Source: Felis catus (lineage: Eukaryota). Taken from it: a stretch of DNA of 64,000 nt. The stretch covers positions 167,278,001 to 167,342,000 of the forward strand of contig NC_058368.1 in the NCBI RefSeq assembly GCF_018350175.1, in the 5' to 3' direction. The notes under the pieces were generated by a model. It had not been told where the DNA came from. It did not search any database and was given only the letters and a program-made list of their open reading frames with translations. Below are positions 12,809 to 25,062 of this stretch, piece by piece. Positions within the stretch are counted from its first letter, which is position 1; each line of letters begins with the position of its first letter. A program made the translations under genes and the position numbers.

Positions 12809-14470
12809 AATCCCCCTTTTGGTAATCAAATATTCATTTCAATCTTCCTCCCACGGTATGTTCTGATCACTGCATTAAGTACAGAATTCTGCATCTCTGG
12901 GCAAGCACAGTCCTTTCCCCAAGGCTAGATATAACTAATGTAGTTGCTGCCACATATGAAGGCAGGTTATCTCTTGCTGATATGTACATTCCCTATACAA
13001 TGATGGAACAGGGGCAGGATAACAGCAATAAACACTCTCTTTAGAAAGAGAAAGAATAGGAATTACAGAGGAGGCAGTGGTCCTTTCCAATCCCAAAGTT
13101 CTGCTAAACAGATGGGGCGATTCCTTAGTTTGGCTTTGATTCTGTTCCATGGGAGAACTTCTTTATCAACTGATCTCCATGGCCCCATGATTCCATTTTC
13201 TGGGAAGCCTGTTCTTCTCCATGTTCTCCTTGATGACATCTGATGGAGATGTTCCAGAGTATGGCCTCTTTGGAGACTGTAGAGCATCTGAAGCCTTGCC
13301 TACTATTCAGGGAACATGTGTTCCCTGAAAATAAGACCCTTGAAAAAGCACTTAGGTGCAAGTACTTTATCTGAGAGGTGATCTCAAGAAGCACTATAGA
13401 CATGAAAGGAAAGTAGACATGTAGTAAGACATGAAAGGAAGGAAAGTTAGTAAAGGGAGCATTTATGAGTAGGTGGCCACTGGAGAGATTTTAGTGGAGA
13501 AACTGGAACTCAAAACCTCTGGGGGCCCTCCAGGAGGCTGTGGAACATGATTTCCGTGAGAGGTGCAGAAACTCCTGCCTGTCATTGAGTTAAGTTCATT
13601 CCTGGGACATTAATTCCAAGAAGTCCTACAGTCAACAACGCCCCCCAGAGTAGAAAGATATACGTACAGGATATTTCAGCTGTCCTGGGATAAGCCAAGG
13701 AAATAAGATTGGTGGAATGACAGCATCTGCTTGTTACAGGTCCCAAGGGTTACTTAAAACTCAGCCAAGGAATTTTTTAGTCTAGATTCATTGTTTCTTT
13801 GGCAATACAATTCCCTCAACAACTTAATAGGCTTCCAATACATTTGCCATGAACAGGTAAATTTTAACTTTCTTTCTGAAATACAATTCCTAAATGGGCT
13901 TTCTTGCTTCGTTTTCTCACCCTCATGCCTCTCTCCTCCAAATGAATGATGGGTGACTTGAGGCTCCCTGCAACCTGGAGGATGAGGTTATTTTCCTTAT
14001 CAGTAAACCACCAGCAAGAATTAATTGATAGCTAAGGGAAGCAGACATTCTTAATCTGATCTTTGCCCTAAGTTATTTGATTCAACTAACAATTTTTTAA
14101 ACCCAATTTTCCCTGTTTAGGATTTAGAAGTAGCTTTCCAACCAAACATTTCTGGACCTCCATCTAATCCCTTTCATTTATGGTTGTACTCTAGACAGTT
14201 CTGTCCTGAGCCCACCTCTTTTTGTAGTAACTTGGAAAATACAGCATAATCTAGCCAGCCCACACTAATGCTCTGATTCATTTTAACCATCACCCCTAGA
14301 GTTGCAGGCTGAGCAGGGACTCGTTCTGACCTCCAATTTATTAACAGTTGTACTAAATATTTTGCCACTGTGTCAATGGACAGCCTTCTTTCATTACTTA
14401 CCTACCAATAGTTAAGTCAATTCCTAGTTTAGCTTTTTAATGGTGGTATTTCAATTCTGATATAAATGTC
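12809..14470 (-). mobile_element. MaLR internal region (MLT1-int)
   Basis: ATACAATGATGGAACAGGGGCAGGATAACAGCAATAAACACTC is typical of MLT1-int. Lies between two homologous LTRs, with an int-start-like junction at about 14440-14470. Confidence 0.7.
13305..13738 (-). mobile_element. ERVL solo LTR (LTR16-like) nested in MLT1-int
   Basis: AGACCCTTGAAAAAGCACTTAGGTGCAAGTACTTTATCTGAGAGGTGATCTCAAGAAGCACT and terminal CAGCATCTGCT...ACA resemble LTR16 subfamilies. Confidence 0.65.
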
Positions 14471-14843
14471 TCTGTTAGGATAAATAAACATAGCTACTAT
14501 AACGAACAACCTCAAAATCCCAAAGGCTTCACAATGAAAAGGTATCTTTGTCGTTTGTCACGCAGTCTGATGTGAGTGGGAAGCTTCCTAGGATGAATCA
14601 GTGGATTCTTGCTGCTTCCATTTTGTAATGGCACCATCTTCAGTATAACCTTCTCAATCACCAAGGTGGGAAAGAGATCTAGGAAGATCAAGCAGAGTAT
14701 TTTAAGTCTGGGCCTGAAAGTGGTAGGCATCCCTTCCACTGACATTTCTCTGGTCCAAACTTAACTGCTGGGAAGATTGGAAATGCTGGTTTACATTACC
14801 CAGGAAGGAGAAATGGGGATTCCTCTAACTATACTCTAGTACA
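14471..14843 (-). mobile_element. MaLR 5' LTR (MLT1I-like)
   Basis: Homologous to 12188-12808 (AAAAGGTATC...CAGTCTGATG; GGCCTGAAAGTGGTAGGCATCCCTTCCACTGACATTTC). Confidence 0.75.
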
Positions 14844-16080
14844 GCAAAGCAAGACTAACCTTGAAACATAGAAATTAATATCTTATCAAAGAAATTCCAT
14901 ATTGATTATATGCCAGATAAGGAGTTCCCTGATACCCTCTCAATCACCCCACAGTCATTTGGTTTCTCATTCAATATTTAAGTCTGTTCGTGTATAAACT
15001 CTCGCTAGTCTCATGGGAAGTAAATAATCAAGAAGAATTGAGCACAGATGCTCACTTATTTTGGTGACCTATCTTAAAAGTGATGACATATGTGCTGTTT
15101 TTTTTTTCTGTTAATCTAAAATGTGGAAACACTGCTGATCTCCCTTAAAAATGGATATGGATAACAATAAAAATAAGCCCAGGGCCTTACCATGGTTTTA
15201 AGAATCATATAATAGGTGCATTTAACTTAAGTGAATCTAAGTATCCATGCTCAAGATTCAGTTTTAAATATTACAAAATGCTATAAAATCACATTTTACA
15301 TTTCTAAAGTTTTTATATACTATTTATTTTCCATATATTATAAATACCCTATGTAGGGCTGCATGCACAAAGCCATCTATGTTACACTTCATAAGGGATA
15401 GAAGGAGGCAAGTTTTACTGTGTCATTTTTACAAGTGTGGGCTTTTGAGTCTAATGCCCTTGTAAAATAGAATTCCACGGTAATCTCGTTTATGCACATG
15501 ACCTGCCTCCTGACTCAGCCTCCCTGCACTCTGACCTTCTTACCTCTTGCTGGTTCATCTTCTGTCCTGATCCTGGGCCCATCTTCTACCTAGTAACAAA
15601 CTTCACTTTTGGGATAATTCTTTTGTTTGATGGCCTGGTTTTGGGATTCTGTAAGACAATATGCTAGCAAAGACTTGAACTTTGTGAAGTGTTTTCTAAG
15701 CCAGTCTTTTCCTACAGAATGACAAGATCTTCTCTAAAGCGGAAATGTTGACACTTCTATATGCACATCAGACGTGGCCCCGGGACACAGAGCAATCGTG
15801 ATCAGTTCAGGCCACTACGGAAAGAAGAGAGAGTATTCCTTTGCGGCAGCTGCAGAGTCCTCATCAGCTGTTCTGCTCTTGTCCACTTTGGTTTCAGCCA
15901 TACTTTTCTAGGCCCTCAAGACATCTTACCATAAACCTTCCTTTGCACGAAGCAGCCTTTGTTTTCAGCAGCAAGAATGCACTTAACCACAGTTTGTCGC
16001 CTCCCAGTTACAGCTTTACGTAAGAGTTGGATGAGCTTATCCCTTTTGAATCAAGAAAAACTCATGATATTAGTAAAACC

Positions 16081-16320
16081 AATAGCTTGCCCAGTACTTA
16101 CTGTGTGCCAGGCACTATACTAACGGCTTCCTGCATATTAACTCATTTAATCATCACAAGAACCGTATGATGTAAGTACTATTATCACCTCCATTTCACA
16201 AATGTGGACATCAAAGGAAAAGAAGTTCCGTAATTTGCCCAAGGACATGGTGCCTATAATGGTGGAGCTGGGATATGAACTCAAAACATTCTGGCTCCTG
16301 AGTCTGTGCTGTTACCCATT
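16081..16320 (-). mobile_element. MIR SINE (near full length)
   Basis: TACTTACTGTGTGCCAGGCACT...CTCATTTAATCATCACA...TAATTTGCCCAAGGACA...GGAGCTGGGATATGAAC. Confidence 0.92.
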
Positions 16321-17911
16321 TCCTCCCTTATAGAAGACCCTCGTTTTATCTGCTTGTTTGTAGTAGCCCTAGGATTGCTGTTGGCAATAACAAAAATAGA
16401 AGGAAATTAGCATTTTACCTGAAGAAAAAAAAAAAAACAACTTCCTTTCAAGATTGATACCTTCTGGATTTTTAGACCTTAATAAGTTCTAGGATGTTTT
16501 CGCATTGATTAACTGAGGATGATCACTTAGTCCCACATTATTATTTCAAAAATTACTTACAGCTATTTACTCTGGCAGAAAATCAGTAGGAGTTGTCATT
16601 ATTTAAATCTTGTTGCTGAGGCACTGCACTCATGGAGCTATTTCCTGAGTGGGTGCTCAATGAGAAAAGACAGATATTCAATCACCTGGACCCCAGAAAA
16701 CAGAAGTGAAAAATGCAAAGTTGTGTAAGGTCACAATAGGTAAGCAATTACCTTGGAACATCTATCCCTTGAATTGTGCTATGTCTATACAGTGGCAGGA
16801 AAAAAATCTGTTAATTTGCTCATTCAAGTAAAAAATTCAAAGTATAAAATTATAGACATAATTTATTTAGTAGCACATAATTATATAGATAGATATGTGT
16901 GTATACGTATTTATTAACAAGACCTTGTAACTATTTGAGTGAGGAATTAAAGAAACTAGAATATAATTGCAACAGGAGGTTTCATGTGTTATTGTTACAT
17001 GTATGGATGATTTCATTCACGTCATTTGATGGTAGAGCAAAGCACCTCACAGAGAAGAAATTTTATTTAGAAAAAAGAAGTGTCCAATTATGGAGAAAGT
17101 AAAATAAAAACAGCATAAGAACAGTGAACTGACTTTTAACTATTACTTTTCAGGAGGCAATTATCACACTGTGCTCTATTTAGGCTCCTGGGTGCTCCTT
17201 CCTGTGGCCTGCCCTTGGGACTATACTTGAACTCCCACCAACAGAGTTCAGAGACAGGGTACAGTAGGCGGTTAGCTGTGTGATATAACCTGAAAGATAT
17301 GACAGGTATGTTTGTGCCAACATATCTACCCTCCCTATCACCCACACTCTCCCCATCATGAAATTTCTACATCTTGTCTTATTTTTTCTGCCAAAGTCAT
17401 GTCTGAAGATGGACTTTATTAAACCAAATGCATTACTTGTAAGACATTACATCCTAAGTCAGTAATGGTCACGTTTACAGTGACCCAACGTTTACTTAAC
17501 AGACCACATAACGTGCTTCCTGGCAGAGCTCAAGATCCTTAGGGAAGGTGACACTAGGCAAGTCTGTTTGATAGGGGGAGGAGGGGAGAAGGGAGAAAAG
17601 AAGTAATGGGAGCCATCCAGACATGCAGTACTGAGCTTGGGCATCGCTAAGGAAGAGGACACTCAGGATATGGAGGACAACTCCAAAAAGGGCCACCAGA
17701 AGGGAGCTAGGTGGGGGTGGGGGGAGGAGGGTTTTGCTCCTGTCTGCCAGATAATAGAGGACGAAAGGAGAAAACATGAAAAAAAAAATGTATGGTTTGC
17801 AAAAGAAAACTTTAGCATTCAAAAGTTTTACTGGAAAAGAGATCAGAATATAATGATTAAAAACATTAAAATTCATTATCCCCAGGTCATCCACATTTTT
17901 ATCTTCATGAA

Positions 17912-18254
17912 TGTATTAGTTTCTTTGGGCTGCCATAACAAATTAGCACAAACTGGGTGGGTTAAAATGATAGAAATGTGTTCTCTCACAGTTCTGGAGG
18001 CCAGAAGTCCGAAATCAAGAGGTCAGTAGGGCCAACTCTGTCTAAGGCTCTAGAGGAGAATCTATTTCATGTCTTTCTCTTATCTTTTGGTGTTGCCAGT
18101 CATTGGATTAAGGCCCACCCTAATTGAGCATGACTTCATCTTAACTTAATTATATCTTCAAAGACCTTCTTTGCATGTAAGTTCACATTCACAGGTACCC
18201 AGGGGTAGGACTTCAACACATCTTTTGCAGAGGGACACAATTCCACTCACAACA
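17912..18254 (-). mobile_element. MaLR solo LTR (MLT1A-C-like, internally deleted)
   Basis: TGTATTAGTTTC...GCTGCCATAACAAA...CTCACAGTTCTGGAGGCCAGAAGTCC...GGACACAATTCCACTCACAACA. Confidence 0.9.
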
Positions 18255-18818
18255 ATGGTCCTTTTTCAAAGAGCAAAGATACTTAACTGTTGGCTATCAT
18301 TCTTCCCAAGTTCAGCCTTCCCACAGTTCAGATGGGATCATTCACCAGAGGAGTGTAGTGACCACTCCATTGATGGAGGAAATTGAGGGAAAGGCTATCA
18401 CTGTCATTATGAGATTGAACAGCCCCTAGGAATTTAAGACCATATTCTCATTATGTTCTTCCATTTGGAGCTTTACTGGTGTCAGCACTTCCATAAAGTT
18501 TTCAGAGTTTCACCCTTGGCACTAATCCAACACATGAGCACAGCAGTAAGGCGTTGGCACAGAGGCATAAAGGACCATTGTTAGGATGAGGAGTCGCAGC
18601 CCAGGAATAAGGAAGAAAGAGAAGAGCTAATCTCAGAGGCAAAGTAAATTGCACAGTAAATCAGTGATATCCATAATACCAAACAAAGGAAGGCTTAAAA
18701 TACAGGTTCTTGTTTTTTAAAAAAGAGAGGTTTTGAATAGGATGACAACTTGGGTTAGCAACTGGATATAATTAACATGTCAATATAGTTTTAATCCTAT
18801 AATTTTCCCCATCTTTAA

Positions 18819-19453
18819 TTGTTTTTAATTTTATTTTTTATTTTTTAAAATTACATCCAAATTAGCATATAGTGAAGCAGTGATTTCAGGAGTAGATTCC
18901 TTAATGCCCCTTACCCATATAGCCCATCCTCGCTCCCACAATCCCTCCAGCAACCCTCAGTTTGTTCTCCATATTTATGAGTCTCTTCTGTTTTGTCCCC
19001 CTCCCTGTTTTTGTATTATTTTTGTTTCCCTTCCCTTGTGTTCGTCTGTTTTGTCTCTTAAAGTCCCCATATGAGTGAAGTCATGATTTTTGTCTTTCTC
19101 TAATTTCACTTAGCATGATACCCTCCAGTTCCATCCACGTCGTTGCAAATGGCAAGATTTCATTCTTTTTTGATTGGCGAGGAATACTCCATTGCATATA
19201 TATACATACCACATCTTCTTTATCCATTCATCCATCGATGGACATTTGGGCTCTTTCCATACTTTGGCTATTGTTGATAGTGCTGCTATAAACGTGGGGG
19301 TGCATGTGTCCTTTAGAAACAGCATACCTGTATCCCGTGGACAAATGCCTAGTAGTGCAATTTCTGGGTTGTAGGGTAGTTCTATTTTTAGTTTTTTGAG
19401 GAACCTTCATACTGTTTTCCAGAGTGGCTGCACCAGCTTGCATTGCCACCAAT
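18819..19453 (-). mobile_element. 5'-truncated felid/carnivore L1 (ORF2 C-terminus + 3'UTR)
   Basis: Encodes ...[33 protein letters not shown]-rich tail. TSD CCCATCTTTAA at 18808-18818 and 19454-19464. Confidence 0.95.
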
Positions 19454-19581
19454 CCCATCTTTAACTTTTACTGTACACATACCCAGGTTCCAAATAATGC
19501 ATAGGAACTAATTAATAAATCAAGTCATTGAATAAAAGGAACTCAGATTATCTATGGCATCCGTTGAAAATGGGCCAGTAT

Positions 19582-19924
19582 AGCTAGAGAGTATCATGCT
19601 AAGTGAAGTAAGTCAGAGAAAGACAGATACTATGTGACTTCATTCATGTGTGGATTTAAGAAAACAAACAAGGAAAGAGGGAAAAAAATAAGAGACAAAT
19701 CCAGAAATAGACTCTTAATTATAGAAAATAAACTGTTGGTCACCAGGAGGGAGGGTGGTGGAGGGTTGGGTTAAATAGGTGATGGGGATTGGGGAGGACA
19801 CTTGTTGTGAGGAGCACAGGGTGATGTATGGAAGTGTTGGATCACTGTATTGTACACCTGAAACTAATATAACACTGTATGTTAAATAATTGGAATTAAA
19901 ATAAAAACTTCAAAAAGAAAATTA
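19582..19924 (+). mobile_element. 5'-truncated carnivore L1 3' end (L1_Carn-like)
   Basis: CTAGAGAGTATCATGCTAAGTGAA...TGTACACCTGAAACTAATATAACACTGTATG plus A tail. TSD AAAATGGGCCAGT at 19567-19579 and 19925-19937. Confidence 0.93.
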
Positions 19925-20378
19925 AAAATGGGCCAGTGTTAATACATCTACACATCCACCCCAACCACAGTCAGCAAACACAAATCAGTCTACTGCCCCT
20001 TAATATTAAAAATGTCTAGCCATTAATAGTGGAAGTTTCAGAACAACACTCTTAAGTGAAATGGAGGTACTATCAAAATCAGAACGGGTTATTAACAATG
20101 CAGTTTCATCACACCTAAATAAGAAAACTTGAAAAACAACTTTAAAGGTCTTAAGGGTAGGAGTGATCTCTCAACTGCTTAAAATTGGATAGAAAAAAAC
20201 CTTTCAGGTCTGAATCTACACATTAAAGGGTAATACTGTAAACACTTAAGCTGACCACCGCCCCCCCCAACTTTCAATAAAGCTGGCTTTCATAATTTTT
20301 TATTTATGAACTAATTTATAAGGCCACTGGGCATCAAGTATGAGCTGTTTTCTCTGACTTCATTGCCAGATAACAAAA

Positions 20379-20490
20379 CTTGAGTACCTATTATGTGCCA
20401 CACACAGTCCTATAAGCTGCTGATTCAAAAATAAACAAGGCAGAAAGTGCCCTTCTCTGTGGAGGTTACATAATAGTGGGTGAGACAGAC
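20379..20490 (-). mobile_element. L2 3' fragment
   Basis: TTGAGTACCTATTATGTGCCA...AACAAGGCAGA...GGAGGTTACATAATAGTGGGTGAGACAGAC. Confidence 0.75.
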
Positions 20491-20774
20491 GAGTGTGTCT
20501 CATCTCAGAAACAGGTGTCCAATATGGTGTAAAGAGATCTGGGGGGTTTGGCTATTTTCCTTTGTACATAAATATTTTAATATAAGCTACTGCTAGTAAC
20601 TGGGAGTTCATTCGGGACTTTAACATCCTTTTATAGGTACCATGGAAATAAATGTAAACATATTACAATGTGTTTCATAAACTATATTGGAAGGCTTGAA
20701 AAATAAACTCATAAGGTCAAAATTTTTGACATGCTTTAATTATTTGGTATCAAGAAAAATATTAGCAGTGTTTA

Positions 20775-20982
20775 TTTTTTTAAGTTTATTTATTTTGAGA
20801 GAGAGAGAGAAAGAGAGAGAGTGGGGGAGGGACAGAGAGAGAAGGAGAGAGAGGATCCCAAGCAGCTCCATGCTGCCAGCCCAGAGTCTGATGTGGGGCT
20901 TGAACTCACTAGCCATGAGATCATGATCTGAGTCAAAGCCAAGAGTCAGATGCGTAACCGACTGAGCCACCCAGATGCCCCC
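20775..20982 (-). mobile_element. CanSINE (AAGAGTC-type older subfamily)
   Basis: SINE body. TSD ATTAGCAGTGTTTA at 20761-20774 and 20985-20998. Confidence 0.95.
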
Positions 20983-22239
20983 AAATTAGCAGTGTTTAAA
21001 GTGGAAAGAGTCATAAGCCATGACCCAAGCCAACCTGTATGCTCATCTTAGACCTCTTCTGTCTTCGCAAGCTCCCTCACTGGGCTTTAATTTCATCATC
21101 TGTGTCATTGAGGGTTAATTTGATTCATCATTTTTAAAGAATTATTCAGATACTCCTCGGAGAAGCTTTGTGTTATGCAAATTTTTTGTTTAAAAACTTA
21201 ATAGCTTTTTCAAATGATGTTAAAACTATTTTAAAGATGCAGTAAAGCCAATAATACAGTCAAATAATGTCTTGTACCAAATTTTAGCCCATTGGAAACT
21301 ACCTACCAACACAATAATTCATGCATGCAGGTTAACAAATGTTTGTACAGGCCTCATAATGATCTCTGTGCATACATTTGAACTTCTTGAAATTGGATTA
21401 TTGATAAAGTAGGTTGTAGCTCTGACCTGGCCTCTCAATAAATGTGTTCCTTCCTACATGCACTTTGTGAAAAATGATTTGAGGAAGTACCTAATGCAGC
21501 ACACACCGTCTGTGCTCCATCAATGGCAGCCCAGACTCAGCCAGATCCATTTGGTGTGCATTCCAGCCACAGCCTACAGTCAGCTCTGGAGTCACGGAGG
21601 AGCATAACACATACCCTGTGATATCCTAATGTAAGTCATTTTAACATTTTCTTGAAGTTTATTGCCTTCCTTTTATATTCATTATAAAGACTGCAAATAT
21701 GTTATATATTGATAAAAATCCAAATTTTTAAAGAAAATTAACCATTGCTCTACTTTTGAGTTTCTAGGTCAGTTTATTGAAGAAAATCCTGAGATTTCAA
21801 GGTGAGCTGTGAAAATCGTTTACCATTTGCACCTATTTATTGGTGTGAGTCTGGATTGTTTCTTTAATATTGTGCAAGCAATGCAAAATACAAAAATAAA
21901 GCTGAAGATTGAAACTGCATCTATCATCTGTAACCCAGAGTTCACATTTCTGTGTTCATTAAAAACAGCATCATGTTTCTCCTGAATTTGGCTTTATAGC
22001 AAGAGAATGTTACAAATACAAACTTTTAGTGTAATTTTTCAACAATAGTACTGCTCTTATCTCTTACATACGTAAGGAGTTTTACATGATAATGAGTTAG
22101 AAAAAAATGGTTCTTTTATAGCTGTTCTAGTCTGGGTTGTTGATTTTCAAGAAACAGAAAACTACTCAAGCCAGCTCTAGGTAAATAGAAACAATTATTG
22201 GACTATTCTTATTGGAAAACACAAGCAGTTTCAATTTGC

Positions 22240-22818
22240 CTATCCCTAATGTCCTTAGCATGGCCTCTGAAGCCCTGCATACACTCCCACCTACAAACCT
22301 CTCTGATATCAAATTCTGCCAGCCTCCTGGCTCAGTTGGCTCCAACCACCCTGACTTTCGTGCTGTTCCTCAGCACCACCTTTGTTATTGTCTGGGCCCT
22401 TTCTGTGCTCTGTCCTTGGAATTCCCATTTTCTAGCTATCACAGTAGCCTACTTTTTCACTGCCTTTAATTGTCAAATGTCAACATAGAAATTCAAACCT
22501 TGGTAGCCAATAAAAATACCATCACCCTCACATATATGTCTGGGTCATTGTCTATCCTTTGGCCATTCTACGTTTTTCTCCAAAGCACTTCTAATTCTTT
22601 TTCTCTCTCTCTCCATGTATATGTAGGTTTTCCTTCCTTCTTTCCTTCCTTCCTTCCTCCCTCCCTTCTTTCCTTCTTTCTTTCAGTTTTCAAGGTATGA
22701 ACTTTGTCTTGTTTACCGCTGCATCTTTAGAACCTAGAACAGTTCAACCCAGAGCGCCCAAAGAGGTTGCTCAATGATTATTTGTTAATGAATAAGTAAG
22801 TGAATGAATGGATGAATA
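22240..22818 (+). mobile_element. L2 3' region
   Basis: CCTTAGCATGGCCTCTGAAGCCCTGCAT...TTTGTCTTGTTTACCGCTGCATC...GCTCAATGATTATTTGTTAATGAAT with a (TGAA)n tail. Contains a (TTCC)n tract at about 22629-22684. Confidence 0.8.
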
Positions 22819-22931
22819 GACAAGCAGGACACTCAGTCAAGTTACAGAAGGAATGAAACTGGGAAGTCAAAACTTAGATGATTTCTTTCATCTATTGTAG
22901 AGTCCCATGTGGTCATCATCATTGTCATTGG

Positions 22932-23092
22932 CCCCTCCTCCTTCCCCTCCTCCTCCTCCTCCTCCTTTTCTCCTTCCCCTCCTACTCCTCTTTCTCCTTC
23001 TCCATCTTTCTCTTCCTCCTTCTTCTTGTCCTTCTTCTTCTTTCTGCTGCTGCCACTCTCTCCCTCCATTTTTTTCTTGCTGTTCCTTCTCC
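22932..23092. repeat. Polypyrimidine low-complexity tract ((CCT)n/(CTT)n)
   Basis: Direct read. About 110 nt is almost purely C/T, followed by a more degenerate extension. Confidence 0.9.
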
Positions 23093-23558
23093 AAACTTAC
23101 TTTTTCTGTTTATTAGTCAGTTTGAACATAGCTGAAAATTACCTCCAAACTCAACATGACCTGCAGTTCAAGTGATTATTGTTCTCTGGTTATAATCCTG
23201 CCTTATAGTGTAAATACTCAAGTGAGATCAAACATTTGGCTCAGCTTAGCCTCTGGATTGACTCAGTCTCTCTCAGGTCCCCAAAAGAGGTACCAGGAGC
23301 TCACTATCGATTGAAACCAACATAGCCTTCTATGTCTACCACTTCAGCAGGTATGGTCAAGGATACTGGTGGAAACTCAAAAGGGGATTTTCTGCCGATC
23401 CCAAATAATGTCTGCCAAAAACAACAGCAACAATAAAACATCAAGGAAGATGACTTCAGCTTACCTAACCTAACTTTAGCACCTTAATATCACAATAGGG
23501 AAGTTAAATATATTTTAAGAAATGTATTGCTTTGTTTCCTTTTCCACTTATTTTCACT

Positions 23559-24133
23559 TGTATATTTAGGATTATTTCCATTGCAAATTATTGAAGCCCC
23601 AATTCAAATTTGCTTAAGCAAAAAAAGGAAAGAAAAGAAGAGAAAAGAAAAGAAAAGAAAAGAAAAGAAAAGAAAAGAAAAGAAATCTGGCTCGCATAAT
23701 TGCATAAGACAGAGGTATTCTGGATTTAATGAAGGAATGATGCAGAGCTTAGATGATTTTACCCATGACTTTTTTGTTGGTAGGTTTTTTTGTTTGTTTG
23801 TTTCCATCATTTCTCAACTCAGTGTTCTCAATGTTGGCTCCATTGTCATGGCTTTAAACTGCCTGTGAAAAGGTCCCATGGCTACATCCTCATAAGTATT
23901 CCAAGTATTCCTCAAAATCCTAATGGACTGATTTAGGTCACATTTGAATTAATTACAAGTGTTAAAGGAATGTGTGATATGTCAATTGGCATAGATTTGG
24001 GTCATATGCTTTACTGCTAGAACTAAGAATGCAGTCAACTCTACCAGGCTCTCATGAGCTAAGATTGGGGGAAGAAGAAGTTCTACTAATGTATAACCTA
24101 GATGCTAAGCAGCCAAACAAAAAATTTTCACCA
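23559..24133 (-). mobile_element. MaLR LTR (MLT1K/L-like)
   Basis: TTGCAA...CCCAATTCAAATTTGCTTAAGCAAAAAAAGGAA start. The internal ATGTTGGCTCCATT and paired GGTCA blocks match the reverse complement of MLT1K/L. Confidence 0.65.
23628..23685. repeat. (GAAAA)n pentanucleotide microsatellite
   Basis: About 11 units, direct read, one interrupted unit. Confidence 0.97.
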
Positions 24134-24829
24134 TGGTTGTTATACTACTCATTTTTGTTGGTTGCGTGGAAATAATTTCATACAAGACAATAAAATCTCT
24201 ACTCTTCTCATTTTGCTCTCCTTACTTTATGTGAAGAGATATTGACTATCAGAATCAAACCATTTTTTCAGTGATTTGTAGATAAAACATTATACACTTC
24301 ATATTCATGCTTTACCCTTTACTTTTGGCTGAATGACTAATTCTACTGATCAACCCTCAGTAAAACACCCCCATGACCCTACTCTCTAGACATGTGCATC
24401 AGGAGGGGAAGTGAACATTTAATCAATTAATATTTGCTGGTTAATGCTGTGACATTTACAAAGGCTGGGCACATCTGCATGAAACTCTAAAATAAAATTA
24501 GGAAAGTGATCAAGAAAAAGACTTGATGAAAAGAAGCCAATTGAACCCAAAAAATAGATGCATTTCTTAACCATTATGAAATTTCAGATAACACTCACTG
24601 TCTCCCCATTGTGTGAAAACTATCTGTCAGTTGGTTCCACCAACTATCAACCAAATAGCTCCATTTCATGGATTTACAATCAGATGATTGGTGAAATATT
24701 TCAATGTTCGATAGATTGTCTAAGCATTTTGTGGAACTATGCCTAAAAAGATAGAAAATTCAAACCCCAGTTTTTTTGTGTTATGACTCTTTTTAAAAGA
24801 ACAATCAGAAATTTTTATGTAAGAGAGGA

Positions 24830-25062
24830 AATATGCCATAGAAGTTTAAAAGTTGGGGTCTAGTGTCAGAATGCCTGGGCTCCAATTCTAAATCTGTACT
24901 TACTTGTCATTTGGGGCATGCCTCAATTTCCTCATCAGAAAAAAATGAAGATAATAATAGTAGCTGTCTCATGGGGTTGCCGTGAAGACTAAATGAGTCA
25001 ATCCATATGAAGCAGTTAGAAGCTCCTACCAAAAAGGTTGTGCCCAAGGGATGTTAACTATA
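24830..25062 (+). mobile_element. MIR SINE
   Basis: TCAGAATGCCTGGGCTCCAATTC...TGCCTCAATTTCCTCATC...ATAATAATAGTAGC...GTGAAGACTAAATGAG. Confidence 0.88.

Noticed and set aside
16419..16560. 142-nt minus-strand intron (GTAAGT ... T-tract CTTCAG) or recursive AG|GT site
   Set aside because: The signals are present, but the putative upstream exon has stops in all frames and the acceptor derives from a simple A-run. There is no further supporting exon structure.
18808..19937. Oppositely oriented L1 pair as a twin-priming inversion
   Set aside because: Each fragment has its own 3' end, tail and distinct TSD. They have different 3'UTR types and are separated by about 100 bp of unique DNA, so these are two independent insertions.
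20481..20502. Small hairpin TGAGACA...TGTCTCA at the end of an L2 fragment
   Set aside because: Only a 7-bp perfect stem, which is expected by chance in 64 kb. It is not pre-miRNA sized.
21165..21182. Isolated octamer (TTATGCAAAT) with a nearby CTTTGT
   Set aside because: SOX-OCT spacing is non-canonical and there is no surrounding motif cluster. A single 8-mer is unremarkable in AT-rich DNA.
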